Positions 1 through 7,702 of a stretch of DNA of 64,000 nt are shown in pieces. Below the pieces are notes generated by a model. The model worked only from the letters and a program-made list of their open reading frames with translations. It had not been told where the DNA came from and searched no databases. The stretch is from Methanomassiliicoccales archaeon (GTDB lineage: Archaea; Thermoplasmatota; Thermoplasmata; RBG-16-68-12; SOIM01), in the NCBI GenBank assembly GCA_030593295.1, contig JAUVHO010000006.1, positions 281 through 64,280 of the forward strand. Reading direction: 5' to 3'. The translations under genes were made by a program, and so were the position numbers. Positions within the stretch are counted from its first letter, which is position 1. Each line of letters begins with the position of its first letter.

Positions 1-3000
1 CTTCGGCTGGGTGTCTGTTGTGAGAGTCACCGATGACCAGGAACTCCCTGTCCATTTCTTGCAGTATATCTGATTGCTACGGATGTAGAAGGCGTAAAGG
101 TTGTCATTGGAAGTGAGGAGGGTAAGTGTCGGATATGCGTTCGCTGTTTGTGATCCTTCAGGATCGGTTCCGCTCGTCCATGACCCTCCGCTTGTCTTGT
201 ACTCGTACTGGATGTATCCGCTGGTGTCGCTGTAGATGAGATGGACCGTGCCGGAGGAATCAACTACCACAGAAGGCCCTCTGTTGGTCTTGCTGGCCGA
301 AGTGCTCGCTATGGAGACCTCGTTCGCGTCCCATGAGCTTCCGCTTGAGGTGTACCCCCTTCCTTCAATGTTCCCGTCCGCATACCAGATGGCGTACATG
401 TCTCCCCCACTGAGTGGGTAGATCATCGGGAATACGTAGTTGTTGGTGACATCGCCAGCGGTCCTCATGACCGTTCGGCTGTCCCATGCAGAAATGTCAT
501 CCGTGTTGGTCGACCTTACCGCAGCGCAGTTGTAATTGGTTTCCTGGCTGCTCGATATCACCCAGAGATATCCGCTCGAGTCCTGGCCGATGAACGCCAC
601 CTTGGATCCGATGCTGCTCCCCGAGACCGTGACCGTGTATTCGGACCCCCAGGAGATGGAAGTGCCTGAAATGGTCCCCTTCCTGGTTATTACCGTCGCG
701 TCGCTCGCAGATGTGTCCCCGACTATGTAGACCGCTGAGTTACCAGAATCATACCATACTGACGGGTAAAGAACGCCTGATGTGGAGAACGCAGAGACAG
801 CAGTATTGGTCCAGTCATCACCTTCATCACTGTATTCGTACATGGTCTTACCCTGGACTCCGTCATAATAGAAGCTCCAGAAGTATGTGCCATCGTGGAA
901 CACCTTCCTCTGCGTCGAGTAGGCAGTGGTTGTTGCGGCGTTGTTCGTATTCTGGACGACATACACCGTTCTTGTCCCTGACCTGCTCTGCCATGCTGTC
1001 TGAAGTGAATTGCTGTCACCCAAACTTCTCCAGTCTGTCATGTCGAACAACATCCCCGTGTTGTTCATAGAGCCGAAAAGCCAGCTAGGAACGGAGATCT
1101 CAATGCTGTCCATGTTCTTCTCTGCTGGAATGATCATGAGGAAGTCCCATCCGGGTCCCCATTCGAAGACCGACCTGTTCAGTATCTTCCCGTTCTTACC
1201 TGTGACCTGTATCATATAGTCTGGAATCATTGGAAAGTTGTTGATGTGAGCACCGTCCACGTCGCTGGTGTTAGAGTCGATGTAGATTCTCAGGAAATCC
1301 TCGCCCGTTCTCTTTTCCTTCCATAGCCTCGGGGCCGCTGGAATGTAGTTCGGGTCTCCCTGGGCCAAAGACTTCACTATCTTTCTCGGAACGCTAGACC
1401 CTTCCAGCATCTCTCCGAAGACCCTGGCATAGAAGAAGGTCTCGTTGAGGGTTGGCTCAAGTGATGCCGAGTACTCCTTGATGTCCCGACTAGCCTGGTC
1501 CAGAGGAAGGTTCTGATCATCGATCTCCGCCTCTCCGCTCCAGTCACCGAACCATCCATCGATTTTCTTCTGGCTCGGGGCGCTCTGATAATAGCATTTG
1601 ACGCTCTCTCCGCGTATCTTCACCGGCCTGTCCGCCCGCACCTCGTTTGGTGTGATAGTGATCAGGTCTCCCGGGTCTGCCGTCAAAGATGACAATCCAA
1701 CCGTTCTGACGGTTACCTGGGATGAGGGGAGGTTGAATGGAGCAATAGACTCAAGTTGTCCCAGGCCATCCATGGTGACCAACACAGAATTGACAGCGAC
1801 CTCTGAACCCCTCGCAATGAAGGTCAACTGTACCAAATCCTGTTGAACTGAGGTAATGATGCAGTCCTCCTCCACGGCCTGGAATGTAACCTCCAGTGCT
1901 CCGAGTTCTTCTTTGAAGTAGAAAGAAGAATCTAGCCCTCCGCCTTCGAAATCGTCTGTATGTATCGCGAAGATGCTGTCTTCAGATATTGACCCCGCAA
2001 GAAACAACGGAATCTGAGCTTCCAGATTGTTGCCTGAAACAGCGGCGTTTATACTTCCGATTGTCGTGAAGGCCGACCAGTTGTGTTGGTCCCCCGGTTG
2101 GAATTCAAGTATGCTTGCAGTCTGCACCGAGTTTGAGCTTCCATAGATCTCTATGGCGTAATCAACACCCAGATCCTCATGAAGGTAACCCGTGGCCTCG
2201 GAATCATCAGCATCCACGAAAAGGTAGAAGGCGTCATATCCAGTGGGATCTCCCAGCGCGGTCCCTCGAACGGTCATCAGGACGGACAGGACCTCCCTCT
2301 CTGACAGCACAGCGTACGTTTCCAGGTCCACATCACCATTTTCGCTCGACGCAGGTTCATTGTATCGCTCGATCCCCGACCAGTCTGTCAGTTGTCCATC
2401 AACGGTTATTCTCGAAGGTTTCCCCGGCTCCTCGGGTATCAATGAGATACTTACCGAGAACAGGAAGAGAAGTCCCATTATGATTGCGCTGTATCTGACT
2501 AGGGCCAGCTTCCTTCTCCGAGGTCTTCTTCCTTTGGGATCTTCAAATCCTTCGTCCATGTATTCGTAATCGCCAACCTCGGTACCATTGATCATTCCAT
2601 TGGTTCTGCCAATACCATTGATGAGACCGTTAATCATTCCGTTTGTCCTACCAGTACCATTGATGAGACCGTTGATCCTTCCAACGCCGTTGACAAGTCC
2701 ATTCGTCCTTCCGGTACCATTGATCAAACCATTTGTGCGTCCAACACCGTTGACGAGACCGTTGGTCCGACCGTTTCCGTTAATTAGCCCATTCGTGCGC
2801 CCCAGCCCGTTAATGAGTCCATTCGTCCTGCCTATTCCGTTGGTCAGTCCCTTCGCGCGTAGCTCATCATCAGTGTCCATGGTCCTTGTGAGCCTGTCCA
2901 GCTCTTCGTAGAGAAGTTCATCTTCGTCGATCTCTATCGGAGCCTCATCTTGAAAAGGTGTTCTGCCGATTCTCTCAGCACGCTCTTTTATTGACCTCGC

Positions 3001-3027
3001 TATGCCTTTCGTCTTTTTTTGACGCAT
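1..3027 (-). CDS. Large type-II membrane/surface protein; its C-terminus runs off the window start. It has cytoplasmic NG-rich nonapeptide repeats, one TM helix, and an ectodomain ending in BNR/Asp-box-like propeller repeats
   Basis: Absent from the ORF track because it has no in-window stop. Manual minus-strand translation from ATG (complement of 3025-3027) stays open to base 1 (1009 codons; spot-checked at 2461-2520, 1201-1260, 661-720 and 1-60). A GGTGAGG SD-like motif lies 5 nt upstream (complement of 3033-3039). The N-terminus reads MRQKKTKGIARSIKER. A basic stretch KGRRPRRRK precedes the TM helix LVRYSAIIMGLLFLFSVSISLI. The C-terminal part has repeated SxGxSW / SDEGDDW motifs. Confidence 0.8.
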   Translation of the reverse strand, partial: MRQKKTKGIARSIKERAERIGRTPFQDEAPIEIDEDELLYEELDRLTRTMDTDDELRAKGLTNGIGRTNGLINGLGRTNGLINGNGRTNGLVNGVGRTNGLINGTGRTNGLVNGVGRINGLINGTGRTNGMINGLINGIGRTNGMINGTEVGDYEYMDEGFEDPKGRRPRRRKLALVRYSAIIMGLLFLFSVSISLIPEEPGKPSRITVDGQLTDWSGIERYNEPASSENGDVDLETYAVLSEREVLSVLMTVRGTALGDPTGYDAFYLFVDADDSEATGYLHEDLGVDYAIEIYGSSNSVQTASILEFQPGDQHNWSAFTTIGSINAAVSGNNLEAQIPLFLAGSISEDSIFAIHTDDFEGGGLDSSFYFKEELGALEVTFQAVEEDCIITSVQQDLVQLTFIARGSEVAVNSVLVTMDGLGQLESIAPFNLPSSQVTVRTVGLSSLTADPGDLITITPNEVRADRPVKIRGESVKCYYQSAPSQKKIDGWFGDWSGEAEIDDQNLPLDQASRDIKEYSASLEPTLNETFFYARVFGEMLEGSSVPRKIVKSLAQGDPNYIPAAPRLWKEKRTGEDFLRIYIDSNTSDVDGAHINNFPMIPDYMIQVTGKNGKILNRSVFEWGPGWDFLMIIPAEKNMDSIEISVPSWLFGSMNNTGMLFDMTDWRSLGDSNSLQTAWQSRSGTRTVYVVQNTNNAATTTAYSTQRKVFHDGTYFWSFYYDGVQGKTMYEYSDEGDDWTNTAVSAFSTSGVLYPSVWYDSGNSAVYIVGDTSASDATVITRKGTISGTSISWGSEYTVTVSGSSIGSKVAFIGQDSSGYLWVISSSQETNYNCAAVRSTNTDDISAWDSRTVMRTAGDVTNNYVFPMIYPLSGGDMYAIWYADGNIEGRGYTSSGSSWDANEVSIASTSASKTNRGPSVVVDSSGTVHLIYSDTSGYIQYEYKTSGGSWTSGTDPEGSQTANAYPTLTLLTSNDNLYAFYIRSNQIYCKKWTGSSWSSVTLTTDTQPK
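2585..2855 (-). repeat. In-frame tandem repeat of about ten 27-nt units encoding NGxGRTNGL[IV]
   Basis: It encodes GLTNGIGRTNGLINGLGRTNGLINGNGRTNGLVNGVGRTNGLINGTGRTNGLVNGVGRINGLINGTGRTNGMINGLINGIGRTNGMING. The antisense artefact ORF 2588..2911 shows the same 9-aa periodicity. Confidence 0.9.
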
Positions 3028-3341
3028 CGTATCCTCACCAACCCACAGTCAGTGGGATTCAAGTGTTACTCAACCATCTCTTCTCAAAGAAGGTCTTTTT
3101 CGGGTTGATGAATGGGTCGACTATAAAGGTTAGGAAGCGTTTATCGTTCCTGATAACGAATATTATCTGAAACGTATAGAATATCGCTAGATGACATAAC
3201 ACAGATTAAAAACTTGTATCACTATTATCAGGTTATCAAGACGGACTTAATCGTTTTGAATCCCTGAGGACATTTGAAACGAGCACTTCTCTGTCATTCC
3301 AGGCATCAATGATCTAGGATGGCGTAATCTGGCTGGACCGA

Positions 3342-3809
3342 TCACTCAGGTGCCGACAGGCTCCTGATCTTCCCTTCTACGAAGGACAAAGTCCTTATCG
3401 AAATCACGAACATCAAACTGAATACGACGTACACCTCCTTCTGGACGTAAAGGAACTCATCCAGGTTGGGAGGTAGCGAATAGAACATCGCATGTTGGAT
3501 CACGATGAAACCAACGAACAGCCCCAGGAACAAGAGGACCAAGTTCCACATGACCTTCCTCATGAACATCTCGGTATCGACGTTTCTTATCCTGTTGATC
3601 AGAGTAAGCCCAAAACCCTTTCTCATACTCACGGGCGCGGAGTTGGCCGTTGCAGCTTGGTTCGTGTCGGACATCACTGAATCACCGTTGTCGCCGGTCC
3701 ACAGAACATGGTGTCTACGTATCAGAGTCAATCGTACAAGGTTCCTTACATCCCATCCCTTGCTTCGTTTTCCTTCCCTGTTCGGTTCAATCTCGTGGAT
3801 TTTTACCAT
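3342..3809 (-). CDS. Hypothetical small membrane protein; the true start may be the internal Met at 3674
   Basis: The ORF has two hydrophobic helices (VMWNLVLLFLGLFVGFIVI and VYVVFSLMFVISI). No recognisable family. Confidence 0.35.
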   Translation of the reverse strand: MVKIHEIEPNREGKRSKGWDVRNLVRLTLIRRHHVLWTGDNGDSVMSDTNQAATANSAPVSMRKGFGLTLINRIRNVDTEMFMRKVMWNLVLLFLGLFVGFIVIQHAMFYSLPPNLDEFLYVQKEVYVVFSLMFVISIRTLSFVEGKIRSLSAPE

Positions 3810-4021
3810 CCGCGATAATCACACGTGATTATCTCCCGTGAATATTGACCTGTGGGGTAAATAAGCCTATCGGGAAGGGCTTAGAACCTGATTATAACGA
3901 CTAGCGTTGTTCTGTGTTTCTAAGTGAATCTGCCTAAATAGTGTTCAATGTATTTCACATAATATTGTAGAATCTGTTCCTAAATTGTTGTTGTGATTAT
4001 TCTGCATTTCACTTTTGATAA

Positions 4022-4348
4022 TTGAATAGCAAGGCTTATGCACATCCTCGAAAGGTTCATGCGACGGGAGAGAACATATTGTCCCCGGAATTGTCGATTG
4101 CGGATGATCAGGAGGCTACCTCTATCCTGAGCTCGAAGAGTCTGACCCCGAAGAGGTATGTACGTTTGCAGCGGAAGATTGAGCAGAGATTCCCAATCGT
4201 CCCTCTTGGGGTTGGAGCGTTCTCAATGGGTGTGGGGTCTCTGTGGGTGACGGGTTCGTTATTATTCTCCGGAGCCCTTGCAGTTATTGGGACCGGTCTG
4301 ATAGTCGGAGGAATGCACTCCGAAGAGAAGGCTCAGAGTGGAAGGTGA
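4022..4348 (+). CDS. Hypothetical small membrane protein (TTG start in the track)
   Basis: The ORF has a Gly-rich hydrophobic C-terminal half (PLGVGAFSMGVGSLWVTGSLLFSGALAVIGTGLIVGG). The start codon is uncertain. Confidence 0.3.
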   Translation: MNSKAYAHPRKVHATGENILSPELSIADDQEATSILSSKSLTPKRYVRLQRKIEQRFPIVPLGVGAFSMGVGSLWVTGSLLFSGALAVIGTGLIVGGMHSEEKAQSGR

Positions 4349-4384
4349 GAATAGAAAGCGTCTGATGGTCGGAGGAATCTGTAT

Positions 4385-4840
4385 ATGGAAGAAGACTTCT
4401 TTGATGAGTTGTCATCTGACCAAGAAGATGACATGGCCGCATATCGTTGTGAGAACTGCGGTTCCAGGAACGTATCACCCAACGGTGTGTGCATGTTGTG
4501 CTCCACTGAAAACAGATCCTGGACCCAGCGGCACCTCAAGAAAGAGGGGATAGTGGGCAGTCGCTCTCAGGAGAGGCGTGAAAAGCTCACCATGTACTTC
4601 GGGCTTGTACTCATAGTCCTGGGCGGTCCAGGGATCGTTGCTGCCTCGTATCTTCATGATTGGCTGAGTATCCCGGCACCTAGTCCCGCGTTCAACACAT
4701 ATGAATCGTTCGGTCCGGTGAACTCGTTCGTCGCTATCCTTGGACTGGCTACCACCGTAATCGGGATTCTCTTCCTGGTTGTGTCCCTCATGATTTCCAA
4801 GAAGATGGACAGGGCCCAGCTCCCAGAATCTTCTCACTAG
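4385..4840 (+). CDS. Zinc-ribbon membrane protein
   Basis: ATG with a GGAGGAA SD 7 nt upstream. Zinc-ribbon pattern CENCGS...CMLC, followed by two TM helices. Confidence 0.55.
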   Translation: MEEDFFDELSSDQEDDMAAYRCENCGSRNVSPNGVCMLCSTENRSWTQRHLKKEGIVGSRSQERREKLTMYFGLVLIVLGGPGIVAASYLHDWLSIPAPSPAFNTYESFGPVNSFVAILGLATTVIGILFLVVSLMISKKMDRAQLPESSH

Positions 4841-4876
4841 GAGATTCCAAACATCCCAATCAAGACATGCTCGGTC

Positions 4877-6349
4877 TCAGTCTCCGAACTCTGTTCGAGC
4901 CCATTTCTTGTCGATTCCTCTGTAGAGTATCCACGTTGTACCAAGCAGAATCGCGCAGACCAGGACGATGCCGGTTATCGAAAAGATGACCTGTCCTGGT
5001 GCCCTGAGCGTGAATGAAAGGATTGTAAGCCCAAGGTCCGGCAGAATAGACATGATGCTGAACTTGATGAGCACTCCTGGATTGAACAAGAAGCTGTTGG
5101 TCCTGAGGCCGGTCAGATACGCGACCATCACCACCATGTAGATCGACACAATGAACATCACAGGAAGGGCCAGCCAAAGGAGACTGGTGTCGTTGTTCAA
5201 CCAGCTTATCGCGAGAACAAAGACGGTGCTGATCCACATGGTCATTATGAGGAACGCCAGGAGCTTCGCTTTTATGACTTGTGGGACGGTCACGGGCAAT
5301 GTCGAGAAGTAGTCTGTAACATCGACGTTGTTCAACCAGCTGTAGAGCAGTACGCCGAAGAAACCGACCATGGCACCGTAGAAGACCGTGTTGAAACCCA
5401 CAGGAAGGGCCAGTCCGGTTCTGACGAACCATACCGTGAAGCTCAGGAACAGCAGAGGGGTCACGAACGAGAAGAACATCTTGCTGACGGTCCCACTTCT
5501 CGCCAGATCCACAAGTTCCTTTCCCAGGAGCGTCTGGTATTTCTTTGCGAAAGAGACCCTCTTCTCCACTCTAGGTAGTATGTAGTCCACCTTTCCCATC
5601 TTTCTGGATTCGAATCTCTCTTGGACCAGGATTATCGACAGTAGATCGAACAGCGCCACCATGGCCAAAGCCATTATTGTGAAGCCGATCGCGTTACTTA
5701 TGTTCAACACGTACGGCGGCAGACTGAACTGCAGGCCCAGCCCAGGCACGAGATACTCCAGGGGATACAGCCCGAACAGGCTCTGGCCGAGGAACAGTGC
5801 GAAGATGGAACCCACCCCGACCATGAACACGAAAGTGCTCCGAATGAAAAGCACCGACATGAAGAAGCTCAAGGATATCCCCAGCAAGAAGGACAGGAAG
5901 GCTGATGTGAAGAGGAACGAGATTGACACGGGGTTGAAACCTGTGAACGGAACAGAAGCGAACAGACCCAGTGTGGCGGGCAACAGCAACAAGAAGACAT
6001 AGAAGATCACGTCCCGGACATAAAGTCCAAAGAACGTCTTCTTGAATGAGATCGGATGGAGCTTGGGAACGGCCACCAGGAAGCCCCTTTCGCCCCATTG
6101 CCTTTCGACGTACATCCTCCCCATGAAGCCGAACGCACCAACCGATATCCCGTAGATGAACACACCCACGTGGATCAGGAGCATGATGTCGCTCATGGGC
6201 TGTACCTCGAATATCCGGCCTGAGGTCAACGCGATCGCAAAGGAGAAAATGACCGTCATCACCGGGAAGGCCAAGAACATGTACTTGCTGGAGAAGGACG
6301 TATGCATCCTGAACTCTTCTTTGAGCATCATCCAGACAAGGGTCCTCAT
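4877..6349 (-). CDS. ABC transporter permease (ABC-2-like, polytopic)
   Basis: 490 aa with many hydrophobic helices. It starts 5 nt downstream of the ATPase stop, a typical ATPase-permease operon arrangement. Confidence 0.75.
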   Translation of the reverse strand: MRTLVWMMLKEEFRMHTSFSSKYMFLAFPVMTVIFSFAIALTSGRIFEVQPMSDIMLLIHVGVFIYGISVGAFGFMGRMYVERQWGERGFLVAVPKLHPISFKKTFFGLYVRDVIFYVFLLLLPATLGLFASVPFTGFNPVSISFLFTSAFLSFLLGISLSFFMSVLFIRSTFVFMVGVGSIFALFLGQSLFGLYPLEYLVPGLGLQFSLPPYVLNISNAIGFTIMALAMVALFDLLSIILVQERFESRKMGKVDYILPRVEKRVSFAKKYQTLLGKELVDLARSGTVSKMFFSFVTPLLFLSFTVWFVRTGLALPVGFNTVFYGAMVGFFGVLLYSWLNNVDVTDYFSTLPVTVPQVIKAKLLAFLIMTMWISTVFVLAISWLNNDTSLLWLALPVMFIVSIYMVVMVAYLTGLRTNSFLFNPGVLIKFSIMSILPDLGLTILSFTLRAPGQVIFSITGIVLVCAILLGTTWILYRGIDKKWARTEFGD

Positions 6350-6354
6350 TTGAC

Positions 6355-7071
6355 CTATCTCCCTGCCTCTACGAGTTTCAGAAAAGCGGTCTCCAGGTCC
6401 CTGCTCTCTCCTCTCACCTCTTCGAGGCTACCGGACGCCACGATCTTGCCGTTGTCGATCACCGCGACGTTGTTGCAGAGCTTCTCTGCGATCTCCAGTA
6501 GGTGGGAGCACATGAAGACGGTTCCGCCGTTGGTCGAATACTCGAGCAGGTAATCCTTACACTTCCTCTGGTATATGGGGTCGAGATTGATGAATGGCTC
6601 ATCCAGGAACAATATCTTGGGTTCGTGTATGAAGGCGGAGGCCAGCATGAGCTTCTGTCTTCCCCCCTTCGACAGGTCCCTGCATATCCTCCCCTCGGAA
6701 TCCTCCATCCCGAAGAACTTGAGCCAGCGTTCTATCCTTTTCTCAACATCATTCACGCCTCGAACCTTGGAGACGAAGTAGAGGTATTCGTGCGCGGTCA
6801 GATAGCTCGGGGGTGATTCGACCTCCGGCACAATGCCAACGCTTCTCTTCACACCCATCGGGTCCTTGACAACGTCCTTCCCGTCCACCTTTGCTTTCCC
6901 ATTGGTAGGAAGAAGCTGTCCTGTGAGTATCCTGAGAAGTGTGGTCTTGCCAGCGCCGTTGGGCCCGAAGAGGCCGAAGAAGCTGCCCTCGTTCACTTGC
7001 AGGTCGATCTTGTCGAGGGCTCTCAGGTCCCCGAACACCTTGGACAAACCACTTGTCTCGATGACGGCCAT
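6355..7071 (-). CDS. ABC transporter ATP-binding protein
   Basis: Walker A GPNGAGKTT, signature LSKGGRQKL, Walker B ILFLDEP. Confidence 0.95.
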   Translation of the reverse strand: MAVIETSGLSKVFGDLRALDKIDLQVNEGSFFGLFGPNGAGKTTLLRILTGQLLPTNGKAKVDGKDVVKDPMGVKRSVGIVPEVESPPSYLTAHEYLYFVSKVRGVNDVEKRIERWLKFFGMEDSEGRICRDLSKGGRQKLMLASAFIHEPKILFLDEPFINLDPIYQRKCKDYLLEYSTNGGTVFMCSHLLEIAEKLCNNVAVIDNGKIVASGSLEEVRGESRDLETAFLKLVEAGR

Positions 7072-7190
7072 CGTATCGGGTGTTCATTACGACCTTGGTT
7101 ATTTATCCTTTCTCTCTTCATTCCTGAAACTGACAAAAGGGTTTCATGTAATACCGACATGACCTGGTGGGCAGGAAAGGGATAGGCTCA

Positions 7191-7227
7191 TCATTAAATA
7201 ACACATGTGTTGTCACGTGTCATGACA
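7191..7227 (+). promoter_or_regulatory. Candidate TATA box (ATTAAATA) plus adjacent palindromes ACACATGTGT and TGTCATGACA upstream of the wHTH regulator gene
   Basis: Perfect 10-nt palindromes at 7201-7210 and 7218-7227, with a third TGTCA half-site at 7211-7215. They lie 20-45 nt upstream of ATG 7248, in the divergent intergenic region shared with the ABC operon. Confidence 0.3.
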
Positions 7228-7247
7228 ATAGTCGTAGAGGGGAGCGG

Positions 7248-7559
7248 ATGAATAGACGAGGAAGCAGTTCGTTGACGAGCAAGTTGGAGGACGAGATAAG
7301 CCTTATGCAAAGGCATGTGAACATGCTGAAGTCCATCATGGAGAACCAGCCCATCGGGATCATACGGCTCTCCGAGCTTCTCAATTACCCTCAGCACAAG
7401 GTCCGCTACTCTCTAAGGATACTGGAACAGGAAGGTCTTATCGAGCCATCACCTGACGGTGCAGTGACCACCGAGAAACTGGGTAGTTTTGTGGGCCACC
7501 TGAAGAAGGTTTTGGATTCTACAACAAGAACTGTCAAGGAGTTGCGTGCTTCTCTATGA
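7248..7559 (+). CDS. Winged-helix transcriptional regulator (small archaeal type)
   Basis: Internal ATG of track ORF 7167..7559 with GGGGAGCGG just upstream. The segment IGIIRLSELLNYPQHKVRYSLRILEQEGLI looks like an HTH plus wing. A T-run (GGTTTTTC) follows the stop. Confidence 0.7.
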   Translation: MNRRGSSSLTSKLEDEISLMQRHVNMLKSIMENQPIGIIRLSELLNYPQHKVRYSLRILEQEGLIEPSPDGAVTTEKLGSFVGHLKKVLDSTTRTVKELRASL

Positions 7560-7602
7560 CGAAAAGGTTTTTCAACAATCCCAGCATTGGACATCAGGTA
7601 TT

Positions 7603-7691
7603 GCCGGCGTAGCTCAGCCTGGTCGAGCATCCGGCTGTTAAAGCTCTCTGCAGAAACCGGACGGTCACCGGTTCAAATCCGGTCGCCGGCG
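7603..7691 (+). tRNA. tRNA-Asn (GTT) with a 15-nt intron at the canonical 37/38 position
   Basis: Acceptor GCCGGCG/CGCCGGC, D arm GCTC..GAGC, anticodon stem TCCGG/CCGGA (7630-7634 / 7657-7661). The loop is CTGTTA + intron 7641-7655 + A. T arm ACCGG TTCAAAT CCGGT. Confidence 0.85.
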
Positions 7692-7702
7692 CTACTTCTA
7701 GT

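Noticed and set aside
2585-2855. Regular 27-nt periodicity that could be mistaken for a short CRISPR-like or satellite array
   Set aside because: There are no spacers. The units are contiguous, degenerate and in frame within a long open reading frame (the NGxGRTNGL repeats). No cas genes are in the window.
3012-3020. An A7 tract at codons 3-5 of the first giant gene (CAAAAAAAG), as a possible slippage or phase-variation site
   Set aside because: The tract is short and single, there is no evidence of alternative frames, and Lys-rich N-termini are common.
3840-4021. An AT-rich 180-nt gene-free tract
   Set aside because: No stable hairpins, repeats or RNA motifs were found by eye. It is most simply a promoter or spacer region for the small ORFs that follow.
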